NCBI RefSeq assembly: GCF_037042905.1 | Contig: NC_087245.1 | Coordinates: forward strand, 34,288,001 to 34,352,000 | Source: Lytechinus pictus | Lineage: Eukaryota | Length of the DNA stretch: 64,000 bases | Direction: 5' to 3' | Part shown: positions 37,695 through 50,049 of the stretch, one piece after another | Position numbering within the stretch: position 1 is the first letter of the stretch | How the letters are laid out: every line of letters begins with the position of its first letter | The notes under the pieces: generated by a model | The model's input: only the letters and a program-made list of their open reading frames with translations | The model's database searches: none | Told to the model about the DNA's origin: nothing | Position numbers and translations under genes: made by a program

Positions 37695-38528
37695 CAGGGG
37701 TGGTATTCTGAGATCCATTTTATCTCAGATAAAATAAAATATTTTATCTCCGTTAAAATCAGTGAGATAAAATACCCTTAAAATCTCTCCGAATTGGTAT
37801 TCTGAGAACAATTTTATCTCCATTTTATCTCTGTAAGACACACCTATTTTTTAATCAATATCCAATTAGAAACGCGCTTTTATAGCTCTCTCATATTACT
37901 CAACCAATGGAAATCCATTCCGCTAGGAGGTGTGGCGAAAGAGTGAGATTGCGTCAATTTATTGACTTCAATACGCTTGCACTATACGCCTGCGCGTCTG
38001 TACAGAGATTTCTTTTTAACAAAAATGGCAATACTCTCATCTTTTTTTCGAAGTCTATATCGCATCTTTTCAAGCATCATTTCAAAGACAATATTAGTAA
38101 AGAAAAGTCTTATGAAATACTTCCTGATTGTACAAGAATAACTTTAAGGTGTTGTTCTCAATGAATATATCATTTTTCTTAATTTTCAGGCCAACATTTG
38201 GAGTTAATTCACCTAGAAATATTGACGAAATCAACGTCGCGAAGATAAAATAGCCCTTACCCTCTTTTAAGTTTATTTCATTTTTTCTTCAAAGTAACTT
38301 GGGCGCAAGCACATCACCCGCGTTGCAATGGCCAGATACGCGATGGGTATGGCTACGCAGCCACTGCTCTGTTGCGTATCATCATAGATACGCAAGATAA
38401 AATTTATATGCAAAATAAAATTAAAAATTTTATCTGAGAGATAAAATGTCATCTCAGAATACCAATTTCATTTTAAGAGATAAAATAAAATATTTTAAAG
38501 ATAAAATGACCTCAGAATACCGCCCCTG
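37695..38528. mobile_element. MITE with TIR CAGGGGTGGTATTCTGAG / CTCAGAATACCGCCCCTG and AGATAA-rich subterminal repeats
   Basis: Inverted ends and subterminal repeats seen directly; no direct TSD found. Confidence 0.85.
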
Positions 38529-38957
38529 GGCACTGGGCAGGGAATAACTCCTAATTTTATTCAGTGTTCATTTTAATCATCTTGATCCTGGGTTGTTTAA
38601 TTTCTTTCCAATCATCCTATATAGTTTTCTTACTCTTTATTCTTTCCAAAATTCTACGGCTACCACCTCCCTCAATCTCTCTTTTACTAATGTCTCCTTT
38701 AACATTTTAATTCTGATGTTCATTCTTTGTCATGTAGATACGTTACTCTTTTAATAACTATTTTATGCCGATTTTATAAGGGTATACCAATATGCTTAGA
38801 AATAGAAGTTACTTTTATTTAACGTTACTTTTTGCAAAGGTTTAACAAGAACATGAATGTGTCCATTGCATTTATAATAAATATGGATTATTTTAAAGAA
38901 TGAGAACTTTTCAGACATAACAGAAATGCACACAACTGTCATAACGTATATTATGTA

Positions 38958-39473
38958 TGATGGGGGGACCTAAAGCTACGCACTTTGTTTTCAAACAATA
39001 AAAACTATCCCAATTTTAATATTTCAACAAATATCTTTCACTAATTTGTGGCAAACATTCTAAAGATCATTAACCAAGAAGAAAATATCGCAAAACTCAC
39101 TAATACGAAAATCCCGCCGTGTTTTCCGAACACCTCTTGATTTCGCCACCCGATGAAGAAGGGGTCCTAAAGCTACGCACTCGATTTATCATGCAAAAAA
39201 ATAGTATTTCCTGTGCCTCAATTTCTAAAATATATTCATATTATTATAGGAAAAAGTGAAATTTAAGCGAATATAACTCCAAAATTCCAAACAGTTGTTG
39301 GTTTCTCTGCATTTAGAGATTTACTGCAGCCTCTGTAGAAAAAATTGAATAGGAATCGTTCGTCACTCTGCAGTCACAGTTCCACACACAGAGTGCGCAT
39401 TTGACATAAAAACTGTATGCGCGATGAGTGGTGCGTAGCTTTAGGACCCGCGCAGCTTTAGGACCCCCTGCCA
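38958..39473. mobile_element. TA-flanked MITE with GGTCCTAAAGCTACGCAC repeats
   Basis: Motif at ~38965 and 39161, inverted twice at 39431-39470; TA on both sides. Confidence 0.75.
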
Positions 39474-39659
39474 TACAGAGTGATTGATTTGAATTTAACC
39501 GCACATTGGTGGAAAAAGAGAAAAGATTAATGATTGTAAACATTTAGTTTATTTGGTGATCATCATCATCATCATCATCATGATTATTATCCAAATACAT
39601 GTTTTCATTCATGATTCAATTGCAATTTTTTTAATCCATAAATTATGAAATGAACTCAC

Positions 39660-40812
39660 CTGTTGGTCTCCGTCCACTGAAGTTTCCTCCTGCACCCCGG
39701 CCCATACTCGAATGCAACATCGACCCATCCAAGCTCGACCACGGATCGGCATAAGGTGAGTAGCCAGTCAGACCATTGGGCGTCGAACCAGGGTGTCGAC
39801 CGGACAACGGACTGTTGGCCGTGGTTAACGCCGGACTGGCGGGGAAGGAATATCCTCGATGATGGCTGTCCCCTCCGACAACTCCACCGCCGCCGCCGCC
39901 ACCACTCCCATCCGACTGCGGGCTCCACACGGCTGCGGCAGCGTGAGCGTTCGCCTGCATGATGACGCTCTGGTTCTGGTGATTCGGGCTGCTCACCGAT
40001 GGAATATGCTGTATGAACTGTGCAGGATGGGGCATCCCGGTGAACGGTGGTCGGGTTGTGGGTACATAGACCGGGTTCGATGGCGGATGGATGTAGGAGG
40101 CTGGCGAGGCCTCGTAACCGTGCTGCTGAGATGTCGGCATGCCACCGGGAGAAACAGTCGGCGGCACGGCACTCTGCAGGGAGATACTACCCGAACTTTG
40201 ATACATTTGGGATTCACTCGTCAGATGATACTGGGGATAAAGATACTGCTGATGGGGCAGTCCTGTTGCAGGGTTCTTATCAAGATTACTGAAGAACACT
40301 TCAACGTCTTCTTTACCGGGGAGTAGGATGCTGTTGTGTTCGGGTTGGGGATGACCTACACCGATTTGGTGTGGAATACAACGCTTTACTTCGTGTTTCG
40401 CCCAGAACTCCCGGTTTGCCTCTCCACTAGCGAATGAGGTCTGTTGCACGGGTGACAACGGCTCGTTCTTGATGGACTCAGAAACTGCAGGAGCGTGGAT
40501 ATCTGGTCTGTCCTGGCTGTCTCCACTCCCAAGACTCTCGTTCTCCTCTTCGACTCTCTCTTTGTATTCACTATCAAAGTTGCTTTCGTCACAGTTATCG
40601 TCTCTAGCTATTCTCCCGCTGTCGATGATCACTTCACGATGGCTATCAATGTCCACTTCGCTTCGACGTCGTTCAATCACTTTGTTGTTATTGTTGTTAT
40701 TATTGTTATTATCTGAATAAGACTTTTTGGTTGGTGTTGAATGATCTGGTAAGGCGGGCTTGACGGGTCCAGCTTCGACCGAGCTTGCCCAAACGCTAGC
40801 ACTCTGTTCCAT
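39660..40812 (-). CDS. gatae: GATA4/5/6-class transcription factor (gatae), coding exon 1 (N-terminal region)
   Basis: ATG at 40812 (MEQSASVW...). Contains GATA4/5/6 hallmark motifs MYQS and NPVYVPTTR. Ends at donor ACAG|GTGAGT after 39660; 1153 nt, phase 1, in frame with the downstream exons. Confidence 0.9.
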
Positions 40813-40949
40813 GAATCGAGAAATTCGCCGAAAAACTGGACATCTATAAAAATCAAAACAGTGTAGCAACCGGGAGTAAAACTTTATCGAAAGTAGATTC
40901 TGTTTAAAGAAAAAAAATGTGGAGAAGAGTCCAAAAGAGCAGTAATACT

Positions 40950-41270
40950 CGACTATCTAGATTAACGAGGTTTAGCAGTGATAGCGGTTGTGATGTTTCA
41001 CAAACAAACTCGACGTCCTATCTCCCTTGCAGGATAAAACACGACTGATATGATAACGACGGCCAAACTTGCTACCCGTTGAGCTTACCGTTTGAGCCAG
41101 AAGCCTTGCTCGACTGATAGTGGTCAAAAGTAAACTTCAACGGGCTGTTGGAGTTGCCGTTACGATCTCTGATTGGTGTGCTTACTCAGGCGAATTAGCG
41201 ACGTGTGGTGGGAAGCGGGCTGACGGTGGGTGGGGTGCAGTGATGGGGATTAGGGTGGGGTAGTGGCTTG
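40950..41270 (-). promoter_or_regulatory. Putative gatae proximal promoter / 5' leader
   Basis: CpG-containing non-repeat DNA upstream of the ATG. CCAAT on the minus strand (41172-41176), CACCC/GT boxes (41226-41260), TAATCC Otx-type site (41247-41252), GTGGGAA (41208-41214) and five WGATAR sites. TSS not determinable from sequence. Confidence 0.55.
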
Positions 41271-43154
41271 TGGTTTGAGTTTAGTCAGGATATATCAGCA
41301 TATTAGGTGGTATATAACTTGAATGTCAAATTCGCAGGGTGTAAATAGTACAGGGAGTTGGGGGGAGATATATAATCATATATGGAGGGATCAACAAGAA
41401 GAGACTGCTTTCAGTAAAATGTCCCGGGTAAAATGTTTTCTTTTGTCGTAATCTTTTGTAGTGAATCGTCATGTCTCATGTCTCAAACCCATACCATGTA
41501 AGCCCTGTGCCCCTATTTCTAGATGAACATTTTATTGGACAATCCGAATATTGATTGCTTCATACTGTTATGTGCATCGGTTATGATTCCGAGATGTGAG
41601 GAGGGGTAATAGAACGGGCGTGGCTGGTAGAAGGGTACAGTTTATGTGGTAGAGTCCAGGGTTAGGTGTACTTGCAGATGAATTACCAATCACTGACTCT
41701 GTCTGTATACGTGGTTCAAATAAACCAGGAAATTACTCCCTATTCCCTGAAGAAACCATGAAGTCAATAAGCGCGAACGATCTTCTGTAGACCCATAGGT
41801 ATCTGTAATAACAAAGTTCAGAGAACAAATGAAAATACGATCACAGGCTAATGCTCGTAGTCCGGCGTTCAAATAAAATGTAAAATTTAACGTATTTGAT
41901 TTGATGTTTGAAACTTTTCATTCACCATTAGCCAATATTATTGACCACCCGACAAACAAATTCAGTTTTCATCAAGCATGGTAGGATTTTCATTTCTTAA
42001 TATTACAATTTCAATTCTTGGAAGAAATTATATGTTTATCAAATATTGCGAAGAATGTAATTACAATACAATTACGGAGTTAATGACACTAATTTCCATA
42101 TTATGTTATGAACAAAGTCTGGGTGTCGTAAATCATTATGCAGAGGTAGGGAGGGGTCGGGGTTGATATTCTGGAGTTGTGATGCGAATCATTATCACGA
42201 AGTTTTGATTGCCTCATAAAGAGAATAAAAGTTATAAAATAGCCACTAGATACACATTAAGCTATTAAGTTATTAATAATCCTTGAAAATGCACTTCCCT
42301 GTGACGTGAACGATTTTCGGACATTGGCTTGTTTCGTTTTCCATCGTCAATTTATCAGAAGTAGGCCTACATCCATGCATGATATCAGGAACAAGGTGTG
42401 ATCCGGTTATGGAGATGTGTATCAACGTATATGAACACCCCCCCCCCCCCAACAAAAAATCCCTTTTTTAGCATAATGAGTGATTGTAGAATACCAAACA
42501 TTAATGAAATAATTATGTTGATTACAGCCGGGTATTCAGGTTTTACTTTAACGGGGTTCAATCATGGACCTATTAGGTTCAATGAAGCCCTTGATCTGAT
42601 AATACGGGTACTTGCTTGTATATCGATCCGATATGGACGATGTAAGCTAGTGTCATGTTTGCGTTTCTCATAATTATTCAAACTTTACTTCGGCTCATTT
42701 TCAGGAACTTGTACGTAGTTGAAAATGAACAAGAACGAGAAATGGACGAGTTATGAAAGGATGCGGATGACAGGAGACGTTTTGAAATGGCGCGAAATGA
42801 TTTATGAGGTAGATGTAGCTTCCGTGGAAGATGTTGAGATCATGTGACGAAAAAGATGGATCGCGAGTCAAACATTGATGTCAAACAGTTAGCTGGACTT
42901 GGGGGTGATAGGAGATGACTGGTGCGATTATAGTATGTACAGTGGTAAATTGCCAATTCGTCTATTGCCATTTACTGTAGCTGACGATTTCTTATACAGA
43001 CGACGACGGTGGCTATGATGATGACAAAATTTATTCGCTCTGGGTTTTTTTTCAGCTGATAAATCGAACCTGAACTTTTACATTTTGTGAAACAATTGGC
43101 GTTCCATAGTTAAGATACACAACTTTAGACCAGAGTTTAAATCAGAGTTCAGAA

Positions 43155-43522
43155 TATTGATCCAAGGGGGAGGGGCACATCCGGTTCGTACTCCCCCCCC
43201 CCTTTGAGAGTCGCAGTCAATATTTTTAATGTAAATATGATATGTAGTTCATAGACAAGTGTGCTCCCTCCTTCTGATAGTCACAGCAAATATTTTTAAT
43301 GGGAATATATCGTTAATACAAAAGTGAGGACCCTTTTCCTCGTCAAAATAGGACAAAATAACCTTCAATTTTAGTGAAAAGCTTTTTTTTTGCTTGCTTG
43401 TCAAATTTTCCAAGGAAAAATGTGCCCCACCCCTTTGGAAAATTCTGGATCACGTTGCTATGACCTCAATGGGGGGGGGCGAGCACGGACCGGATGTGCC
43501 CCTCCCCCCTGGATCACCCTTG
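43155..43522. mobile_element. GC-rich TIR MITE (GGGGCACATCCGG / CCGGATGTGCCCC)
   Basis: ~45-bp inverted ends. Confidence 0.7.
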
Positions 43523-44237
43523 GTGGTGTATATATTCACAGTGAATCGGTATCTTGTCAATCATTAACGAGTCCTCAATATCACATGTTTCGGAATCATC
43601 ATAGGCAAGAATAAAGTTTAAAAAGAATCATGATAGCTCAATATAAAAAAATCTATGAAAATGAAGGTTAACTAATCCCAATAAAATTATCAATATGATA
43701 CAAGTCATATAGCAACGTAGTCGCCGTACCATGCGTGAGTTGTGATGTAAGTTATACACTATCCTTTCGTATTTTGATATCCTATGAAATTTCAAATATT
43801 ATACAATTTTTGCTTGTTTTGCTCCATTTAAAATAGATATGATTTGACTCATAATTTACATGTAAAATTGATAATAGTGTGATTTATTGTGATGCAAGGG
43901 AGAGAGCCTTTACTATCGATTCCACAAAATAGGGAATACATAATATATTGCTTGTCATAAATGATATTCATTGAACAGGTCTTGTCATTATTTTTCACAC
44001 CGACAATGATGTGCATATCACTTTTTAATGGGGCACTTAATAATGCGGTAATTTTCTTGTTTTACATCCAATTCAAATACAATTTTATGTGTTAAGCTCG
44101 TGCAATTTTCTCTGATTATTTTAATAATTTTATGCTAAATAAGGTGGAATTGACGATTATACACGGGCCTTTTGAATATGTGTCTGAAATCATCCTTATT
44201 GTTATGGCTATTTCGGATCGAACTGTTGATAAGTTTA

Positions 44238-44810
44238 TTGAATTCATTGAATTGAATTTATTGAATTTCCACAATCGAAATAAAAGTGTACAAAGTATGC
44301 ATTTTATAATGCAGTGGAGGAGATAACAAAAGTAAAATTACTTATCTAGGTTATCCCCTTACAAAACAACAAGTACACATAAAACATATAAAATTATACA
44401 TTTCAATGTAATACAGCAAAAAATCACTAAGTAAATAATTTACAATTAAACATAATCATGTATATACTCACACAAACACATACACACACCCACGCACACA
44501 CTTACACTTTATACACATGCAGGAAAATCCTATCTCTTATCGCGCTGTAACAAAAAGTGCTTATATCTCCTTTTGAATGAGTTCAATGTTGGTTTTTCTC
44601 TTATATTTACTTCAATATTGTTCCAAATTTCTGGACCTTTAAAGAAAATAGAAAATTTTGAGCTGTTTGTTCTTGTTTGGGGAAAATGATATTTGCTGGA
44701 TGATCTTGTATTATAATTGTGAAAATCAGAATTGAATTGAAAATATTTTGAAATTTGAATGGGAATTTTATTTCTGCAACAAAGATACATAAAAATTCCA
44801 ATATTCCAAT
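44238..44810 (-). mobile_element. 5'-truncated CR1/L2-group LINE (3' end only)
   Basis: ORF 44530-44790 (HNYNTR...FSIFFKGPEIWN...LNSFKRRYK) is homologous to the ORF2 C-terminus; AATAAA and a (TTCAA)n tail on the minus strand. Confidence 0.8.
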
Positions 44811-45208
44811 GAGAAGAAAGGAATTTCCGTGAAATCCATTGTTATAAAAAAGCTATACTTCTAGAGTGGTAGAATCATTTGAGAACAGGGGATTGGGGAG
44901 GGGAGTGGTATAAATGAGAGTATTATAACAAAGTTTCATTATGAATCTTGTCACTGTGGTAAAAGTTAACTCGTTCATGTTTATATTTATTTTAAAGGGC
45001 TTGACATTGATGGTGTCGTCAAATGTGAATCTTCCCAGTAAATGAGTGCAATGTTCTACAAGGAGCCTCCCAAGCCGACCTATTCATATGCCCCCTTCAC
45101 ACCAGAACGAATTGTTCCCCCACCCCCACGACAAGCACCACTGCAAATCTGGCGATACAGACCCCATCGCATCTTCGGGCGATAGTGAAAACTAGGCCTC
45201 TGTTCTTA

Positions 45209-45349
45209 GTCTGCGGTGCAAACCCTTCACTCGGGTCTGAATGTGCAGCCTACTCATGCCTTGTGTACTGAAGGCCCTATGTGCTAGTCTTTGCGTGGAG
45301 ACCCACTTGCTGATCAAAGTTTCAATCAGGGTCTGTGCCTGATGCAGAC
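45209..45349. mobile_element. Mini-MITE (TA|GTCTGC...GCAGAC|TA), copy 1
   Basis: Short TIRs with TA flanks; near-identical inverted copy at 47269-47413. Confidence 0.75.
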
Positions 45350-47268
45350 TACTCTGTTCTTGCAGTGATTGGGTTTGTACCGAGAAGTGTTTTTGGAAGG
45401 GCATGTAAAAGTGAAACGTCCATTAAGTTGGCATAACTCTGCCAATCAAATCCTTGACTTGGCTCTCCCTCTTATCTCCAATAAATGAATGAGGAGAATG
45501 CGACAGATGCGTGTTGGTTAGATAAGAGGAGCGGAAGATGGCTCGGGAAGATGTCCCATCGCAAACCATCTTCAGCTGGATACTCAGCCCCCCTCCCTTT
45601 GTCTTGCTATGGCTCCTTAAAGGGGCACAATGTCCTTGAAAGGGATTGAACTTTTTTATTTGGGGGGGGGGCGTTAGAGAAGAAAGAAACATAACGAGGA
45701 AGTCCAACCTGATACAAGGGTTTTTCAGGAGGGGAGATGAGGTGCTACGCAGAGGAAATTGTCAAACGTGAGCTCGATTTATTTCAGGGAAAGGTGCCTC
45801 CGTGGCGTACACGTCATTTCAGCTCAATAATCACGATCTTCAAAACATAATTTTACAGTCAACTTGGATATTATAAAATTTTGCTATGTACCCCCTTCGA
45901 ACATGGAAATCAATGATAGGAATTATGATACATAACGGGCATTCAAAGAACCTCGCAGTTTTTTGAGGGATTATGTACGTTTTATTTCGTCAATGAGTAA
46001 TGGCGAAAGAAAGTCACACCTAAAGATGCATAACCTTCCTTGATTTTCTCTTCTCTTATTCATCAATAAAGAGGGGGGGGGGGGTTAAAACGAAATTTTC
46101 ACGACCAAGAAAGGAAATGGGGTTGAGCAAGATCACATTTCTTGAATATTATATTTAAAAAATCTATGGCAAAATTAGGTTTTCGTTTCAAAAGACCAAC
46201 CGTTTCTTTTTTTTATAGAAATGTCCCCACATACGCCATGTTGTCCACCCACCCATTTTTGGCTATATGTGACATGAAAATAAACTGTGTCATGTCCAAT
46301 TTCTTAAGCTCAAAATGGCCGCCATGAAGCCCTTTGGGAATATTTTTTTCCAAATAAAGTTTGGTTAAGGTGAGAAACGTCGGCTTATGGAAAAGGTGTG
46401 TTCTGGGGGGAGAAAATGAGAAGAGTCTGTGTTTTCTCGAGAAAACACAGGGTTGAGATGGATAGTAAGTCATGGATGACCTGTCGTGATTTGATCTGGC
46501 TTGGCTCATGATGCTGGCCATGTTGAGCGTTCATCGATCATGTTCTCTTTCTTGTTCATTGTCGGATGACATCGCTACCACATAATAGACCCACTCCCTT
46601 GACGGGGGTAATATGACATGGGGGGCAACAAATTACCCCTCTGTGGTTTCTACCAAGGGTCCCAGTGTAGAAAGGGGTGACTGTTGAAGACAATGTAGAA
46701 GACAACCCAGGTGTGATGAGGAGTTTTGACTTTATTCAAAGGGGAAGTCCACCCTGGCGATAAGTTGTTATTTTTATATAAAAGTAGACAAAATAGACGA
46801 AAAAAATATTGGTGAAAATCCGTCAAAGATTGACGGTGTTATATTTTTTTCTTAAGTTTTTATTTTGTGACGTCGCAGATGAGCAGTTCCTCAATGATGT
46901 CGTGTGATATAAATTTTCAAAAAAAATTGAATATACTATAATGACAAGCCATGAGAGAAAGGGAAGGGGAGGGGGCATACTATAAAAAAAATACTGGGGT
47001 GTAAAACTTACACCATGTCCATGGATGGCCACACACTGAGGTGTCGAAATTACACCCGAGATTATACATAACACCAAAGGTGTGGCAATCACACCTTGAT
47101 GCGTTGAAATTACACCTTAGAGATTGTAAATAAATTAACCGAAGAGTGTGAAAGCAAGGAGATATCCTTGGTGAAAGTAACAACCAAAGGTGTTGTAATA
47201 ACACCCATCGGTGTCGACCTAACACCACCGGAGTAGGTACGGCCCTCTTGTACACTAACCAATACCTT

Positions 47269-47413
47269 GTCTGCAGGCACAGACCTTGATTGAAACTTTG
47301 ATCAGCAAGTGTGTCTCCACGCAAAGACTAGCACATAGGGCCTTCAGTACACAAGGCACTGGTAGACTGCACATCCAGACCCTTAACTCGAGTGAAGAGT
47401 TTGTAAAGCAGAC
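47269..47413. mobile_element. Mini-MITE, copy 2 (inverted relative to copy 1)
   Basis: Reverse complement aligns to 45209-45349 over ~140 bp. Confidence 0.75.
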
Positions 47414-50049
47414 TAACAAATACTAACTTTTTGCTGCCCGGGGTCCCTTGACAGCGATTGATCGTACGTTTGATTTTCAAGATTGATTGTACATTGTAGT
47501 CAATGCAATCAGTCATAGAAAAAATGTTCTATGATCATTGCTAAGGTTTGTGTTATCGGGCTCCTGACCGGAGACAATGGATATTCTTAAATCATGTAAA
47601 TGGGAAAGAGGATGTTTTGATAGACAGCTTGATGAATAGACATTACTGCCCCGACTGCATGGAGGCCGGACCACAAGACGAATTTTCAGACCCACAAATT
47701 AACAGTGACGTAAAAATTATTAAGACGGGTTTTAAGACAAAAAAAAACCCTCTTGTACTTTCTCTCGAGTATCTTCACCTTGTATCATAATATCTGGCAA
47801 TCATTATAATGAGACCATATCGAGAATTATACAGGAAAGAATTCAAGAAAAAGCAGACAAACATGGAGATGAAGTCAGAGATATTACAGGGATTTCCCCC
47901 AACCAGAGAGATAAAGTAGAAACTGGGCCATTGATTGAATTGATTTTACTTTTATCAGATAAGTCGTGATCAAGATGAAGTAGCAATTACTTTTTACCTC
48001 AACCCCAATCCCTTTTACTATTCTGTCACTCTTTGTGTGTCTCTCTCGTTCTTTCTCCCCTCTCCCTATCTTTCTTTCTACCCCTTCTCTCTCTCCCCCA
48101 TCACCCCCCTCTCTCATTCCATCCCTTTCTTTCTCCCATCCCCTCTACCGCCCTGTCTCTTCTCGGACGCGCCTGCTCCCTCCACCTATTATCCTGTCTA
48201 GCCACCCTTCTACCGAAGAGGCCATCACCTCTTTACCGGTGAGTTTCGGGTGCAACTTGTCTTGGGCTCCCGATGAGATGATCGATTGCCTTGTCTTGCT
48301 GGAGTGATAAGCGCAATCCAGACCAACTTTTTCGTGGTTACTCAATCGCATTTTATATTCCTTTTCATGGCTGTAGCCAGCAGTAAGGGGAAGGGAGCAA
48401 GGGAGCGGAGCGATCAAGCTCTCTCCATCGAAGTTCTTCTTTGTTTTCTTTTGATTTGGACTTTATAACTGAAAAGGAAGGATCTAATCCTTACCTGGAT
48501 TTTTGAGAAAAATTAGGTTTTAAAATTTTATTGGGGGACAAAATACCCTTTACTATGAAAACTGACATTTCAAAAACTAAATGATTGCAACGACCTGACG
48601 TCGAACAGCAAAGAAAAATATAAAAACATGTACAGTATACATAAGTATACACAACTATAGAAACATAAATAATGAACAATATCATTCATTATCAATAAAA
48701 TGTTTTAGGATGAAGGATAGGAGCCTATCTTAGTTTTGAAAATATGATGATAAAGGATATGACAGACCTGGTTATGATTGATAAGGGTGAAATATTAACG
48801 AGTTTATCAGCAAAACTGTTATCTTATAATACATCGATGACGATTGTGAACTAATCCGAAAATGATCTATTGACTTGATGATTATGAAGTTTCTAAGTTA
48901 TTATTGGATAATAATGAGCACAATAATGTTATGTCAATGTTTTCAATTATATCCAGGAAGATTAGATTATGATATAAGTTTTAAAACTTTTATAAAGATT
49001 GGATTTATATAGCGCCATTTCCAGAGGATATAAACATGACAAAGCGTTATTGTTAATAGTGATAATATAGCCTGCATATAGGCCTATAACGCATATCACG
49101 CCAAATGCGTCCCTATACACGCGCTCTTTGAAAAAAATGAAGAAACTCACTGGCAATCGAAATACTAACTCATTCAATATATATATATTTTGATAGGTAT
49201 GTTTTAAGGTGGATTTAAATTTGGATGTATAAGAGTTCTTTCCGGTTGGGGGGGGGGGGCTGGCGAAAGGTGCGGGCACACCCCGTAATTGTTTTTAAAA
49301 TAAAAAGGTGACAAATTCGCACCCCTTCTTCTTCTTCTTCTTCATCTTCATCTTTTTCTCCTCCTCCTTTAATAATGTTAGAATGACCCGTTTTGCTCTT
49401 TGAAGGACACCACCATCCTATCATTCTAGAAATGTTATTTTTTCTGATAATGAAATATTTTGCTTTAAATAAGGTAGAATCTTAAAATCTCATTTTCAAT
49501 GAGTTAATGCCCAGGGTTCTTCGTATTTATTCAATAACTTTCTTCGTTTACATTTTCAATAGTTCTAATGACATGAGATATATCGATATCCGTTAAAACA
49601 CTACCGGTTGCACTTTGTTACGTCACGCCTAACGTCAGGTCGACCAATCGTTACGTAACGTTATCCTCTCTATTGTTTTAACGTCCCTGACGAGCCCACG
49701 TGTTTAGGTCATTTCAAGGAAAATCTTACCAAGGGAGAACTTAAACTTCAAATAATATGAATCTGGTCTGTATTTACTAAGAATTTGACATCTGATTCGT
49801 TCATTTCTTTGGAGAATTAAAGAACATATCGATACCCGACCCGCGGCATCCCCCCCCCCTTAAAAAAAGGAAATGAAAAATAACAAGATTTTCGGATTCC
49901 ATATAATTGTTTACCTTTCGCTATTTCGGTATTTAGAAAATATACAATAGTTTAATCGAAATCAGTTGAAATATTTTTGCTAGAAATAAGGAAATTCTTT
50001 TTATGTTTGATGTTACTCTACACACTTCAAATTGTATTGTTTTCTGCCT

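Noticed and set aside
39756..40720. Several plus-strand and alternate-frame ORFs over exon 1
   Set aside because: These are shadows of GC-rich coding sequence with no recognisable domains.
39643..40869. 408-aa ORF as a complete single-exon protein
   Set aside because: It starts at TTG and reads through the donor at 39660; the real CDS begins at an ATG and splices to the finger exons.
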